Positions 29,791 through 41,777 of a DNA stretch of 64,000 nt are shown here, in pieces. The stretch spans positions 448,001-512,000 of the forward strand of contig CAVSPA010000004.1 of the NCBI GenBank assembly GCA_963729715.1, read 5' to 3'. A model generated the notes under the pieces. The model saw only the letters and a list, made by a program, of their open reading frames with translations, made no database searches and was not told the origin of the DNA. Position numbers and translations under genes: made by a program. The stretch is from an uncultured delta proteobacterium (GTDB lineage: Bacteria; Desulfobacterota; Syntrophia; Syntrophales; UBA2185). The stretch's first letter is position 1; each line of letters starts with the position of its first letter.

Positions 29791-31869
29791 ATGTCAAAAT
29801 ACGAACCTAACTCTTTGAGAAACATAGCAATTGTGGGGCACGGAGCAACAGGCAAGACCTCTCTCTGCGAGTCCCTCCTTTTCATCACCGGTAAGACGGA
29901 CAGGCAGGGGAGAGTTGATGATGGAACTTCATCAATGGATTTTGAACCGGAGGAGCAGAAGCGGCGCATTTCCATCAGTGCCGCGGCAAATTTCTTCGAA
30001 TGGGAAAAGTATAAAATAACGATCCTCGATACGCCGGGAGATTCCAATTTCTCCTATGATACGAGGAACTGTCTCCGCGTAGCCGATGGCGCTGTTGTCG
30101 TCATCGATGCGGTCGGCGGCGTCGAATTTCAAACGGAGAAGGTATGGGAGTACTCAGACGAGTATAGACTTCCCCGTATCGTTTTTATCACCAGGATGGA
30201 TCGTGAGCGGGCTGATTTTTTTACGAGTGTGGAGAGTATCAAAAGCCGTCTGGGTAAAAAGGCGACACCCATATTTCTGCCGATTGGCAAGGAGGACAAT
30301 TTCAAGGGAGTCATCGATCTCATAAGTAAGAAGGCCCTTATTTTTGAGGGCACCGGCGGTAAGTACAAATCGGCGGATATTCCCGCCGACATGAAGGACA
30401 TCGTGGAGAAATACCGCGAGAACATGGTCGAAGATATCGCAGAGTCCGATGAGAAGCTAATGGACAAATATCTGGATGCCGGGGAACTCAGCGAAGATGA
30501 ACTCAAGGCAGGGCTGAAGAAAGGCGTAACATCTTTGAGTCTCTTGCCCGTTGCATGCGGGTCCGCAGTGAAGAATATCGGCATCGCACCCCTAATCGAT
30601 CTGGTAATAACTGCCCTTCCCTCCCCGGTGGAACGCGGTCCCGTTACGGGGAAGAAGCCCGGTAAAGATGAAATAGATACAAGGATGCCTGAGGAATCGG
30701 CGCCCTTCTCCGCTCTGGTCTTCAAGACCATTGCCGACCCTTATGCAGGACGCCTAACTTTGTTCCGCGTATTCTCAGGAACGGTGAGCTCTGATTCAAC
30801 TTTTTACAATTCGTCACGAAAGATCACGGAAAGATTTGGAAATATCTTTTTCCTGGAGGGAAAGAGCCAGAAGCCGGTTGAGTCTCTGGTGCCGGGAGAT
30901 ATTGCCGCCGTGGCAAAGCTCAAAGAAACCACCACCGGAGATACGATATGCAATGAAAAAGCAGCCATAATTTTTGAAAAGGTCGTGCCGCCGCCCCCCA
31001 TCATGTCCTTTGCCGTGGCGCCCAAGAGCAGGGGCGATGAAGACAAGATAGTTTCCTCAATCAACCGTATAATCGAAGAAGATCCCACGCTGACGTTCCG
31101 ACGTGAGGAACAGACCAAGGAGATGATCCTATCAGGGATGGGGCAGGTACATATAGAAGTCTCCATCGAAAAGATGAAGAGGAAATTCGGCGTGGAACTG
31201 ACCTTGAGAACACCCAAGGTCCCCTACAAGGAAACGATCAAAGGCAAGACCAACGTGCAGGGCAAGTACAAGAAACAGTCCGGCGGACGCGGGCAATTCG
31301 GAGACTGCTGGCTTGACATAGAGCCGCTGCCGCGCAGTGGAGGCTATGAATTCGCGGACAAAATCGTCGGCGGCGTGATCCCTCAACAGTACCGGCCTGC
31401 CGTTGACAAAGGGATTATCGAGGCCATGTTGGAAGGTGTCATTGCCGGGTATCCAGTTGTTGACGTGAAGGTTTCTCTCGTTGATGGATCTTATCACACA
31501 GTCGATTCCTCGGAAATGGCGTTCAAGATAGCTGGATCCATGGGCTTCAAGAAAGGCGTGCTGGCCTGTCAGCCAGTTCTGCTTGAACCCATTGTCAACA
31601 TCGATATCGAGATCCCAGATGAATATATGGGCGATGTCATCGGTGATTTGAACGGCCGCCGCGGCAAGGTCCTGGGCATGGAATCCAAGGGACCGAATAG
31701 AATCATAAAAGGACAGGTTCCCCTTGCCGAGATCCTGAGATACGCGCCTGATTTGCGATCGATGACGAGCGGCAGGGGCACATTCACATACGAGCACTCA
31801 CACTACGAAGAGGTCCCGCCATTTATTGCAGAGAAGATAATCGCCGAATCGAAAAAGGAACAGCAATAG
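29791..31869 (+). CDS. fusA: Elongation factor G paralogue (EF-G2 type)
   Basis: Full EF-G architecture (KQSGGRGQFG, VDSSEMAF), variant G1 GHGATGKT; not in the str operon. Confidence 0.92.
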   Translation: MSKYEPNSLRNIAIVGHGATGKTSLCESLLFITGKTDRQGRVDDGTSSMDFEPEEQKRRISISAAANFFEWEKYKITILDTPGDSNFSYDTRNCLRVADGAVVVIDAVGGVEFQTEKVWEYSDEYRLPRIVFITRMDRERADFFTSVESIKSRLGKKATPIFLPIGKEDNFKGVIDLISKKALIFEGTGGKYKSADIPADMKDIVEKYRENMVEDIAESDEKLMDKYLDAGELSEDELKAGLKKGVTSLSLLPVACGSAVKNIGIAPLIDLVITALPSPVERGPVTGKKPGKDEIDTRMPEESAPFSALVFKTIADPYAGRLTLFRVFSGTVSSDSTFYNSSRKITERFGNIFFLEGKSQKPVESLVPGDIAAVAKLKETTTGDTICNEKAAIIFEKVVPPPPIMSFAVAPKSRGDEDKIVSSINRIIEEDPTLTFRREEQTKEMILSGMGQVHIEVSIEKMKRKFGVELTLRTPKVPYKETIKGKTNVQGKYKKQSGGRGQFGDCWLDIEPLPRSGGYEFADKIVGGVIPQQYRPAVDKGIIEAMLEGVIAGYPVVDVKVSLVDGSYHTVDSSEMAFKIAGSMGFKKGVLACQPVLLEPIVNIDIEIPDEYMGDVIGDLNGRRGKVLGMESKGPNRIIKGQVPLAEILRYAPDLRSMTSGRGTFTYEHSHYEEVPPFIAEKIIAESKKEQQ

Positions 31870-31870
31870 A

Positions 31871-32362
31871 TTGGAAATTCACGCAGGTGTCATAACCATA
31901 AGCGACAAGGGGTCCCGGGGTAAGCGGGAAGATAAGAGTGGTCCGGAAATAGTTGCGATCTTGAAAGATGCAGGCATTGATGCGGCCTGCATCAAAATCG
32001 TCCCCGATGAAAAGGATGAGATAAAAGAAGCGCTCATCGATTTTGCCGACAAGAAGAACTTTCCTCTCATCATAACGACAGGCGGCACCGGCGTCAGTCC
32101 TCGGGACGTGACTCCCGATGCTACTCTGGATGTAATCGACAAGGAAGTGCCGGGCATGGCGGAGGCAATGAGGCGAGCAAGCGCCGCTATAACGCCGCAT
32201 GCGATGATCTCGCGTGCCGTGGTCGGAATCAGAGGTAGGTCGCTGATCATCAATCTGCCGGGCTCTCCCAAGGCTGCCCGCGAAAACCTTGCCGTGATAC
32301 TGCCTGCACTCCCGCACGCCGTGGAAAAAATCAAGGGTGATGAGACTGAATGTGCCTCTTAA
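31871..32362 (+). CDS. mog: MogA/MoaB molybdenum cofactor biosynthesis protein
   Basis: TTGGTG.SPRDVTP, NLPGSP. Confidence 0.9.
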   Translation: MEIHAGVITISDKGSRGKREDKSGPEIVAILKDAGIDAACIKIVPDEKDEIKEALIDFADKKNFPLIITTGGTGVSPRDVTPDATLDVIDKEVPGMAEAMRRASAAITPHAMISRAVVGIRGRSLIINLPGSPKAARENLAVILPALPHAVEKIKGDETECAS

Positions 32363-32798
32363 GATAATTAAGAGCGTTATCTATGTGTGTGCCGGGCCAG
32401 AAGATACCTTTGCAACGGGGACATCTGCGAAATCCGCTTTGGGTGTCATACACGAAGGCGGGAACCATTCCGGCAACATCCTCTTTGTCAACCACCACTA
32501 ACGCCTCGTTGCATCTCACGCAGATACTGAACAACCGTCCGGGATCGGCGGCGATAGACAGTTTTTCCATAACTTCGACGAGCTGTTCCTTGACATGATC
32601 ACTCCCGACGATGACGAGCTTGCCTGAAAATTGTCTCGCTGCCATATCCTTTCTTCTCGTCAGGACAACTCTCCCTGCCCTCTCCGCCTTCCTCAAAAAA
32701 TTTCTATCCGCCTCTCCCCGGTACGATACGGTGTCGTAACCTAAGATACGGAGCCACTTCGCCAGTTTCCCGAGATTACTATCCGTAATGAACTTCAC
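32331..32798 (-). CDS. Mut7-C RNase (PIN-like) domain protein
   Basis: D..LGKLAKWLRILGYD, CxxC..CxxC, FWPGTH. Confidence 0.88.
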   Translation of the reverse strand: MKFITDSNLGKLAKWLRILGYDTVSYRGEADRNFLRKAERAGRVVLTRRKDMAARQFSGKLVIVGSDHVKEQLVEVMEKLSIAADPGRLFSICVRCNEALVVVDKEDVAGMVPAFVYDTQSGFRRCPRCKGIFWPGTHIDNALNYLKRHIQSHHP

Positions 32799-32833
32799 GT
32801 CTCAAGACTGTCCGCAATCTATCTCTCTTGTGT

Positions 32834-33151
32834 TCACTTATGATCAGTGGGGCCTTGCACCTCCTCCTCACTGATCACTTCTTTCTTGCTGTCCCTGACC
32901 TCTCGCCTTAGTTCTCTGATGGTCCTGTTTAACTTGCTTATCATCCTGTTCAATCTGAATCGCTCCACTATTCCCATAAACCCGGTGAAGATGACGCCGC
33001 AGAGGAACGCTATAAAAATCAGCATATACGCCGGAGCGGTCACATTGAAAAAATCATAGTATTTTAATCGGATGGGAAGAGTATTCTCCAACGAAAAAGT
33101 AATTACAAAAAGTACAAGCAGAACGACAATCACAGTGTAGATAACCTTCAT
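32834..33151 (-). CDS. LapA/DUF1049-like membrane protein
   Basis: Two TM helices, FSLEN, C-terminal coiled coil; likely start MKVIY. Confidence 0.7.
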   Translation of the reverse strand: MKVIYTVIVVLLVLFVITFSLENTLPIRLKYYDFFNVTAPAYMLIFIAFLCGVIFTGFMGIVERFRLNRMISKLNRTIRELRREVRDSKKEVISEEEVQGPTDHK

Positions 33152-33152
33152 C

Positions 33153-33638
33153 TCAGACCTCCGGACGATATTTTTTAAAATACGGCACAAGGAGCTCGCA
33201 CGTCTTGTATATGTCCTCCGGGACAACACGAATATCTCCCACAGTGGTTATGAAGTTCGTGTCCCCGGACCATCTTGGCACGATGTGCACATGCATATGA
33301 TCGACTATCCCGGCGCCCGCGGCCTTCCCGAGATTGATGCCGACGTTAAAGCCTTCAGGGTTCATGGCCTCCTTCAGAATTTTGATCGACGCATCCAGAA
33401 GGTCGAATACTTCACGTTTTTCTTCGGGCAGGAGGTCTTCCATCTCACATATGTGTCGGAATGGCACGATCATGAGATGGCCGCTGTTATAGGGATAACG
33501 ATTCATCATTACGAACGCCAACTTCCCTTCATAAAGAACAAGGTCATGACACCTGACCGAATCCTTGCAGAAGACACAGCCTGCCTGCTTTTCACCTTTA
33601 ATGAATTCCATCCTCCAGGGCGCGTATATTTTTTCCAT
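33153..33638 (-). CDS. HIT-family hydrolase
   Basis: APWR, CVFC, HMHVHIVPRW.GD.NF. Confidence 0.93.
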   Translation of the reverse strand: MEKIYAPWRMEFIKGEKQAGCVFCKDSVRCHDLVLYEGKLAFVMMNRYPYNSGHLMIVPFRHICEMEDLLPEEKREVFDLLDASIKILKEAMNPEGFNVGINLGKAAGAGIVDHMHVHIVPRWSGDTNFITTVGDIRVVPEDIYKTCELLVPYFKKYRPEV

Positions 33639-33647
33639 ATCTGAAAC

Positions 33648-34133
33648 CTAAATATAATTTAGTTCTATAATTTCCCCTCTAATCCCGTCTCCGATCTCCA
33701 ACATGCCCACGGTATTTCGAGATGCAAACCGCGTATCCGTCGCCGATCCCGGATTGAAAAAGAGGATGCCGTCCTTAACCACATTCGTCGCACGATGCGT
33801 GTGCCCGTACACCAAGCAGTCCACGCGCCCCATTTCTTTCAGAAGCTTGCCCTCAATGCCGAAGGGCATCCCCCAGCCATGAATGAGCCCCACCCTATAA
33901 TTGTTGAGTTCAAGCACCAGCTTCTTGGGTAGCAACTGCCTTACGGAAGGCGGATCCATATTGCCGCAGACCGCCTTCACTTCCTTTCCCGCAAATGCAT
34001 CAAGAACATTGATATCAACGAGGTCTCCTGCATGTAAGATCAGATCGGCGTCGCGAAAAAGATCCTTCAGAAGACGCGTTAGTCTTTCATCACAACCGGT
34101 AAGATGGGTATCTGATATTACTCCGATCTTCAC
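33648..34133 (-). CDS. YfcE-like metallophosphoesterase
   Basis: SDTH, HAGD, GNMD, GHTH, NPGS. Confidence 0.92.
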   Translation of the reverse strand: MKIGVISDTHLTGCDERLTRLLKDLFRDADLILHAGDLVDINVLDAFAGKEVKAVCGNMDPPSVRQLLPKKLVLELNNYRVGLIHGWGMPFGIEGKLLKEMGRVDCLVYGHTHRATNVVKDGILFFNPGSATDTRFASRNTVGMLEIGDGIRGEIIELNYI

Positions 34134-34323
34134 CCCTTCGTTTCCTTAACACATTTAGCAAGAATTATATCGATACGACTCAAAAAGACAAGCATTATTT
34201 CTATACGGCGATGAGCCGCATGCAGAAGACATATCATGCATATTCCCGTAAATTGGAAAAGACAAGACACAACTTGTCCGTTTTTACGGGTATCAAGCAA
34301 TCCACGTTGCCCGCGGTTTTAGT

Positions 34324-34351
34324 TTGACATTATGTTCCTACTTTTTATACT
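34324..34351 (+). promoter_or_regulatory. Sigma70-like promoter for the hypothetical-ligA-acyP operon
   Basis: TTGACA-16 nt-TATACT. Confidence 0.55.
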
Positions 34352-34386
34352 ATTTATCTAAAGGCAGATGAAAGGAACAGACGACC

Positions 34387-34656
34387 GTGCTTGAATCCGC
34401 ACTGGACAAGATGGCAGAAAGCATTCTCAGTCTTGACGAGGCATCCCTTACCAGTCTGTGGGAAAAATATAAGACGAGAATGGAGCATTTCGAAACGACG
34501 AAAGAGTGGGAGAAATCCGTTATAATCTTTTTCATCATCAATGCCGTACGCGTGAAGAACCACATTTTTAACGAAAATATGCTTGAGCTTCACAAGAAGC
34601 ACCTAAAGCCAGAGAAGCCTCCGAAGAAGAAGCCCGACTTGAAACTGGTTAAGTAA
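34387..34656 (+). CDS. Hypothetical protein
   Basis: 89 aa, AAGGA RBS, ends in LKLVK, 6 bp before ligA. Confidence 0.75.
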   Translation: MLESALDKMAESILSLDEASLTSLWEKYKTRMEHFETTKEWEKSVIIFFIINAVRVKNHIFNENMLELHKKHLKPEKPPKKKPDLKLVK

Positions 34657-36949
<2,293 letters not shown>

Positions 36950-36956
<7 letters not shown>

Positions 36957-38134
36957 CCGAATTCCTTAAACGTTACTTCAAAGCCTTTCATCGAGTTCAC
37001 AATCGTGGCATCTTCAACGCAGAAAGCGATCCGGAAATTACCGGGCCATCCGAAGCCCTTCCCCGGAACGGTCAGGATCTTTCTCTTAGTGAGGGCCTTG
37101 ACGAATTCTATGTCATCGCCTCCGGGCGCCTTGGGAAAGAGATAGAATGTCCCACCCGGCTTTATGAAATCGTAGCCGATGGATGAAAGGCCGTTGCAGA
37201 GGATCTCTCTCTTTCGCCTGTACTCCTCCACGTCCACCGTCACACCGTGTATTTTTGCGACCACCCTCTGCATCAAGGCCGGCGCGTTCACAAATCCGAG
37301 CGTCCTGTTGAAAAGAATCAACCCGCCTACAACGTCCTGAACATCGGCAATCGCGGGATTGACGGCCATATAGCCTATGCGCTCACCCGCAAGCGAAAGG
37401 CTCTTCGAGTATGAAGAGGCAATCATGCTGTTTCTATAAGCGGCGAGGATGCTCGGCACGGTGATACCGTCGAAGATGATCTCTCTGTATGGCTCATCGG
37501 ATACGAGGTAAATTTCCTTCCCGTATGCCCTGCTTCTATCCTCCAACAGCTCCGCGAGTCCCCGAATCGATGCCTCGTCATATACCTTCCCCGTCGGATT
37601 ATTGGGAGAATTGATGAGGACTATTTTCGTCTTCTCCGTAATAGCATCTCGTATCGCGGCAAGATCGAGGGAAAAATCATCCTTCGTCCTCACGAACTTG
37701 GCGACACCGTTCGCGTTATCTGCATAAATTTTGTATTCCACAAAACACGGCACAGGAGCGAGCAGTTCGTCACCCGGTTCAAGAAGGACCTTGCATATGA
37801 CGTTCAATGCCCCTGCCGCCCCGCAGGTCATGACAATGTGATCCGCAGTGAGCGGTACACCGTGATCCCTGCTCAAAGCCTGGGCAACGACCTTCCTCGT
37901 CTCAAGGTATCCTGCATTCGGCATGTAGCCGTGGGCACCGGCGACTTCTTCTGTTGCAACTTCACGGAGCGCCCGTCTAAACTCGGTCGGCGGTTCGACA
38001 CTCGGGTTACCGATGCTGAAATCAAAAACATTCTCCGCCCCGTATTGCTTCTTTAGCCTGTCACCTTCCTCGAACATCTTCCTGATCCAGGAAGACTGGG
38101 AGATGAACCCGCGAACTTTTTCAGAAACCGACAT
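36950..38134 (-). CDS. Class I/II PLP aminotransferase
   Basis: SWIRKMFEEG, NSPNNPTG, SKSLSLAGERIG. Confidence 0.92.
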
Positions 38135-38273
38135 ACGCTGCTCCTCAACGCTGTTTAGTCTTTGTTTTCACAAGTCATTAACACAGCAGGTCTCTTGCGT
38201 CAATATGAGGAATCGCCACATGAAAGTGATTTTATTTATCTGTCAGGCTTAATAACAACGCATTTGAATACAC

Positions 38274-38302
38274 TTGACATTTAATCGCTCAATGTCTAAG
38301 GT
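38274..38302 (+). promoter_or_regulatory. Sigma70 promoter with internal inverted repeat
   Basis: TTGACA-17 nt-TAAGGT; GACATT/AATGTC dyad. Confidence 0.5.
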
Positions 38303-38337
38303 TTGCCTAGTAAAAGGCCATTACAAAAGAGGAAGAC

Positions 38338-38544
38338 ATGCCCATTTACGAATTCAGATGCAAGAAGTGCAGCAATACCTTTGAGGTTTTATTCCTGTCC
38401 GGAAGCGACAAACCGGCTGTGGCCTGCCCCGCCTGTAAATCTAAGAAGGCAGAGCGCTTGATGTCTAAATTCGGCGGAAAGATCGGTAATACATCGTCAG
38501 CGGGATGCTCGTCCTGTGCGGCAACATCCTGCGGCCCGTCCTGA
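38338..38544 (+). CDS. FmdB-family zinc-ribbon protein
   Basis: MPIYEFRCKKC...CPAC...LMS, Cys-rich tail. Confidence 0.9.
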   Translation: MPIYEFRCKKCSNTFEVLFLSGSDKPAVACPACKSKKAERLMSKFGGKIGNTSSAGCSSCAATSCGPS

Positions 38545-38683
38545 TCAGGCTGATCTACTGTGGCAGGTCGCCACTTCAATAAAAAATAACCAATAATTTT
38601 TGTTGTAAAAAAAGACGCAATTTAATATAAGCGTGCAGCCGAGATTGCGGGCTTTGGAAAAATATGTCTGAACTCATGTAATA

Positions 38684-38780
38684 AGATTTCTCCCTTCGGT
38701 CGAAATGACACATGGGAATGGCCAAAATGACAGAGAGTGGCGAAATAACAAAATAGATTCCCGCCTGCGCGGGAATGACA
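38684..38780. repeat. REP-like palindrome cluster
   Basis: AGATTTCTCCCTTCGGTCGAAATGACA and AGATTCCCGCCTGCGCGGGAATGACA, with degenerate AAATGACA/CGAAATAACA between them. Confidence 0.75.
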
Positions 38781-38817
38781 CAGGGAATACCTGTAAAAAA
38801 TACTTTTTTAGAAAGAG

Positions 38818-39501
38818 ATGAAGACAATGAATATTCTTATGTTCGGACCAAATGGCAGCGGTAAGGGCACGTTCGGTGCTGTTCTGAGCGACAAATTCGG
38901 CATCCCCCAGGTGGAGACAGGCGTAATTTTCAGGGAGAACATCTCGAAAGGCACGCCCTTGGGAAAAGAGGCGAAAGGATATATCGACAAAGGCGAGCTG
39001 GTTCCCGATGGAATTACCATCCCCATGATTCTCAGCCGTATTACAGAAAAGGACTGTGCAAAAGGATGGCTGTTAGACGGGTTCCCGCGAAACAAGACGC
39101 AGGCTGTGGCCTTCTGGGACGCCCTCCAGAAAGAGAAGATAAAACTTGATTACGTCGTTGAGCTTATCCTCGACAGGGATGCAGCCAAGAAGCGCATCAT
39201 GGGAAGACGTCTGTGCCCCAAGGACAACAACCATCCGAACAATATTTACGTCAAGGCAAACCTGCCCGTGGAGAAGGACGGCAAGCTCTACTGCCGCGTC
39301 TGCGGGAGCCCGGGACTATTAACCAGGGCCGATGATCAGGATGAAGCGGCGATTGACAAGAGGCACGGCATCTACTTTGACACAAACAAAGGCACACTCG
39401 CCGCCGTCAACTACTTCAAGGAGAGGGTGAAGGTCATTCAGGTGGATACAGTCCTCGGCGTCAAAGAGGTTTCAGAAAATTTATTGAAATTAGTAAAGTA
39501 G
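38818..39501 (+). CDS. adk: Adenylate kinase with metal-binding LID
   Basis: GPNGSGKGT, LDGFPR, RADD; LID C-X5-H-X19-C-X2-C. Confidence 0.96.
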   Translation: MKTMNILMFGPNGSGKGTFGAVLSDKFGIPQVETGVIFRENISKGTPLGKEAKGYIDKGELVPDGITIPMILSRITEKDCAKGWLLDGFPRNKTQAVAFWDALQKEKIKLDYVVELILDRDAAKKRIMGRRLCPKDNNHPNNIYVKANLPVEKDGKLYCRVCGSPGLLTRADDQDEAAIDKRHGIYFDTNKGTLAAVNYFKERVKVIQVDTVLGVKEVSENLLKLVK

Positions 39502-39523
39502 AAATTCACAGGAATAATGCGAG

Positions 39524-39559
39524 AAAAGCCTTCCCTCGCTGCAACGGGAAGGCTTTTTT
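39524..39559 (+). terminator. Rho-independent terminator, probably bidirectional
   Basis: AAAAGCCTTCCC...GGGAAGGCTTTTTT between convergent genes. Confidence 0.85.
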
Positions 39560-39614
39560 GTTGGTGTCCCCAAATGCCCGTCTCCGGCCATTCACCACAC
39601 CGGTTTATAGAACA

Positions 39615-41543
39615 TCAAATGGCGACGCATCTGAAACCAAGGACATTCGACGAATTGTTTCTGTCCATCGGATAGCGGTTGGATAGACATATGGGACTAT
39701 CGGAAATCCAGCTCCCGCCTTTTACAACGTGGATGTCAGTATTTTTTTCTCCGGGTCTCTGCGCCTCCCAGTTATCGAGCGTCCATTCGAGCACGTTTCC
39801 CAGCGTATCGACCACACCATAAACATTCGCGAATTCGAGATACTTGTCTACGGGAGTAGTATCCCCGATATAGTTTTTCTCCACATTGCATGAATTGCCT
39901 GTCCATTCATTGCCCCACGGGTGCATGTTTCCGCGGGCGGTTCGTGCCGCCGCCTCCCACTCTTTCTCAGTAGGAATCCTCTTTCCCGTCCATGCCGCAA
40001 ACGCGCATGCGTCCTCGATGGTGACCTGCACTACCGGGTGTCCGCGCTTGTCGTGAAGCGTGCTCCCCGGACCGTTCGGGTGATACCAGCATGCACCCTG
40101 TATCTTTTTACAGAGCAAGTGGCTGTGCCATGTGAACGTCTCCTTGCCGGTCATGCTGTCTTTCGCCCTCTGCGCGCGGGGCGTGTACACGAAGCTGTAT
40201 CCGTTTTTCTCCGCTGTGGTCCTGTAGCCGGTCTTCTCCACAAAGGTTTCAAAAAGGGCATTCGTGACGGGAAACTTGCCGATATAGAATTCCTGAAGGC
40301 GAACTGTTATTTTGGGAAGCTCATTTTTTGCGAGGTCATTGCCTCCCGTAATATAATCTCCGCCCTTTATAAAAATATGCTGGTTGTAAAATCTCTCCCT
40401 TATACTGAGGTCGCGCTCGAATTCCTCGGATAGCAACTTTGCCTTTCCCCTGATTACGTCTGCGGAATACCCGCTTTCGCTGAAGTCCGGACGCAGCTTC
40501 GCAAGCACCTTCGCCGCCCCCGCAAGTTCAGCTAAGATTTCCACCTTCTCGCGCATGTCTTCGTCGGCAGCTTCGTAAACTTCCTCCTCCTGTTCTTCAA
40601 GGACAACATCGCTCTCAACTTCCGAGAGGTCAGCATCGATCTGCACTTCTTCTAAGGCTTGAGCTGTGGCGAGGTCAGTTTCCATGACCTCATTTAAAAA
40701 TTCGGTTGCGCCTTCATGGGCGTTATCATCCGCCGCTGCCGCTTCCTCAAGGTCGTCGTGAACCTCTGTCAGTTCATGAGCCGCCATCTCAACTACTTCT
40801 TCTTCGGAGACATCGGCAGATACGTCATCAACTACCCCTTCCAGCATCTCCGATATCTCGTCCTGGGCCTCTGCGGAAACAACTGTCTCGACATCGTCGA
40901 TTATCTCTGCAATCTCATCGACCACTTCCTCTTCCATGACGTCTTCGATATCAGCCACTGCGATAGCACTATCGGCGACGCCAGTACCGGCACCGTCATT
41001 TAATGACAGTCCTATTTTCCTCGATAAATCAAGAAGGCGGTCCTTCATCTGGTCAAAGCTTCCCAGTCCCTCACCGGACGTTGGATCCGAGCCGGACTGC
41101 GTCAGTATCTCGTTTACCGCATTCAGCAACTCCGTAATCTTGCGTATGGCGTCCGTACCCTCTTCTTTGAGAATGGCGTCGAACGTCCCGAGCGCCTTAT
41201 TCTTCGCCCCATCAGACATATCAAAGACGTTGCTCTGCCCGATGACGACACCCTGGGGATTTCTGCCTTCCTGATAAAGTCTCTTCAGGTCCGCATTTAT
41301 GCCCGACTTGACGCTGCTTAAGTTCTTTTTCTTGCTCTTGAGTAGTTCACTGTCACCATCCACACTCCACAGCTTCTTAACCAGCTCTTCCGTATCAATT
41401 GCCTGAATGGGCTCTGTTGAAATTTCATCGGGGTAGTACTGTCTTATGGCGTGGACCAGCTTGTACTTCAGGGTGTCCTTGTTCTTATAGCCGAGGCCGG
41501 CAATCGCTTCGTCAATGTCTTTAAGTTTTAAAATTGTCGCCAC
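39615..41543 (-). CDS. FGE-sulfatase (SUMF1/EgtB-like) domain protein with long acidic linker
   Basis: PVTNALF, HPVVQVT, RIPTEKEWEAAAR, GNVLEWT, KGGSW, GFRC. Confidence 0.88.
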   Translation of the reverse strand: MATILKLKDIDEAIAGLGYKNKDTLKYKLVHAIRQYYPDEISTEPIQAIDTEELVKKLWSVDGDSELLKSKKKNLSSVKSGINADLKRLYQEGRNPQGVVIGQSNVFDMSDGAKNKALGTFDAILKEEGTDAIRKITELLNAVNEILTQSGSDPTSGEGLGSFDQMKDRLLDLSRKIGLSLNDGAGTGVADSAIAVADIEDVMEEEVVDEIAEIIDDVETVVSAEAQDEISEMLEGVVDDVSADVSEEEVVEMAAHELTEVHDDLEEAAAADDNAHEGATEFLNEVMETDLATAQALEEVQIDADLSEVESDVVLEEQEEEVYEAADEDMREKVEILAELAGAAKVLAKLRPDFSESGYSADVIRGKAKLLSEEFERDLSIRERFYNQHIFIKGGDYITGGNDLAKNELPKITVRLQEFYIGKFPVTNALFETFVEKTGYRTTAEKNGYSFVYTPRAQRAKDSMTGKETFTWHSHLLCKKIQGACWYHPNGPGSTLHDKRGHPVVQVTIEDACAFAAWTGKRIPTEKEWEAAARTARGNMHPWGNEWTGNSCNVEKNYIGDTTPVDKYLEFANVYGVVDTLGNVLEWTLDNWEAQRPGEKNTDIHVVKGGSWISDSPICLSNRYPMDRNNSSNVLGFRCVAI

Positions 41544-41777
41544 GGATAATCCCCTCCCGCTAAAACGCCCGCAAAACGGATCTCTTTCATTTCATTATTA
41601 TATATCGATGAATCCCGGATTTTCTTTAATTGAGAGCGCCTTTTGCGGTATTCAGTGAAAAATTGCCGCAAAATAATGGAAAAATATTTTTGTTTGCCGA
41701 CAATTTTGACGATATAGATAAAGAATATCTCAATACCTCTGCCAAAAAACAATGACTGGCAGAGATAAGGCAAGCGT

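Noticed and set aside
39615..39760. DGR variable region in the FGE/CLec-fold C-terminus
   Set aside because: No template repeat or reverse transcriptase in the window.
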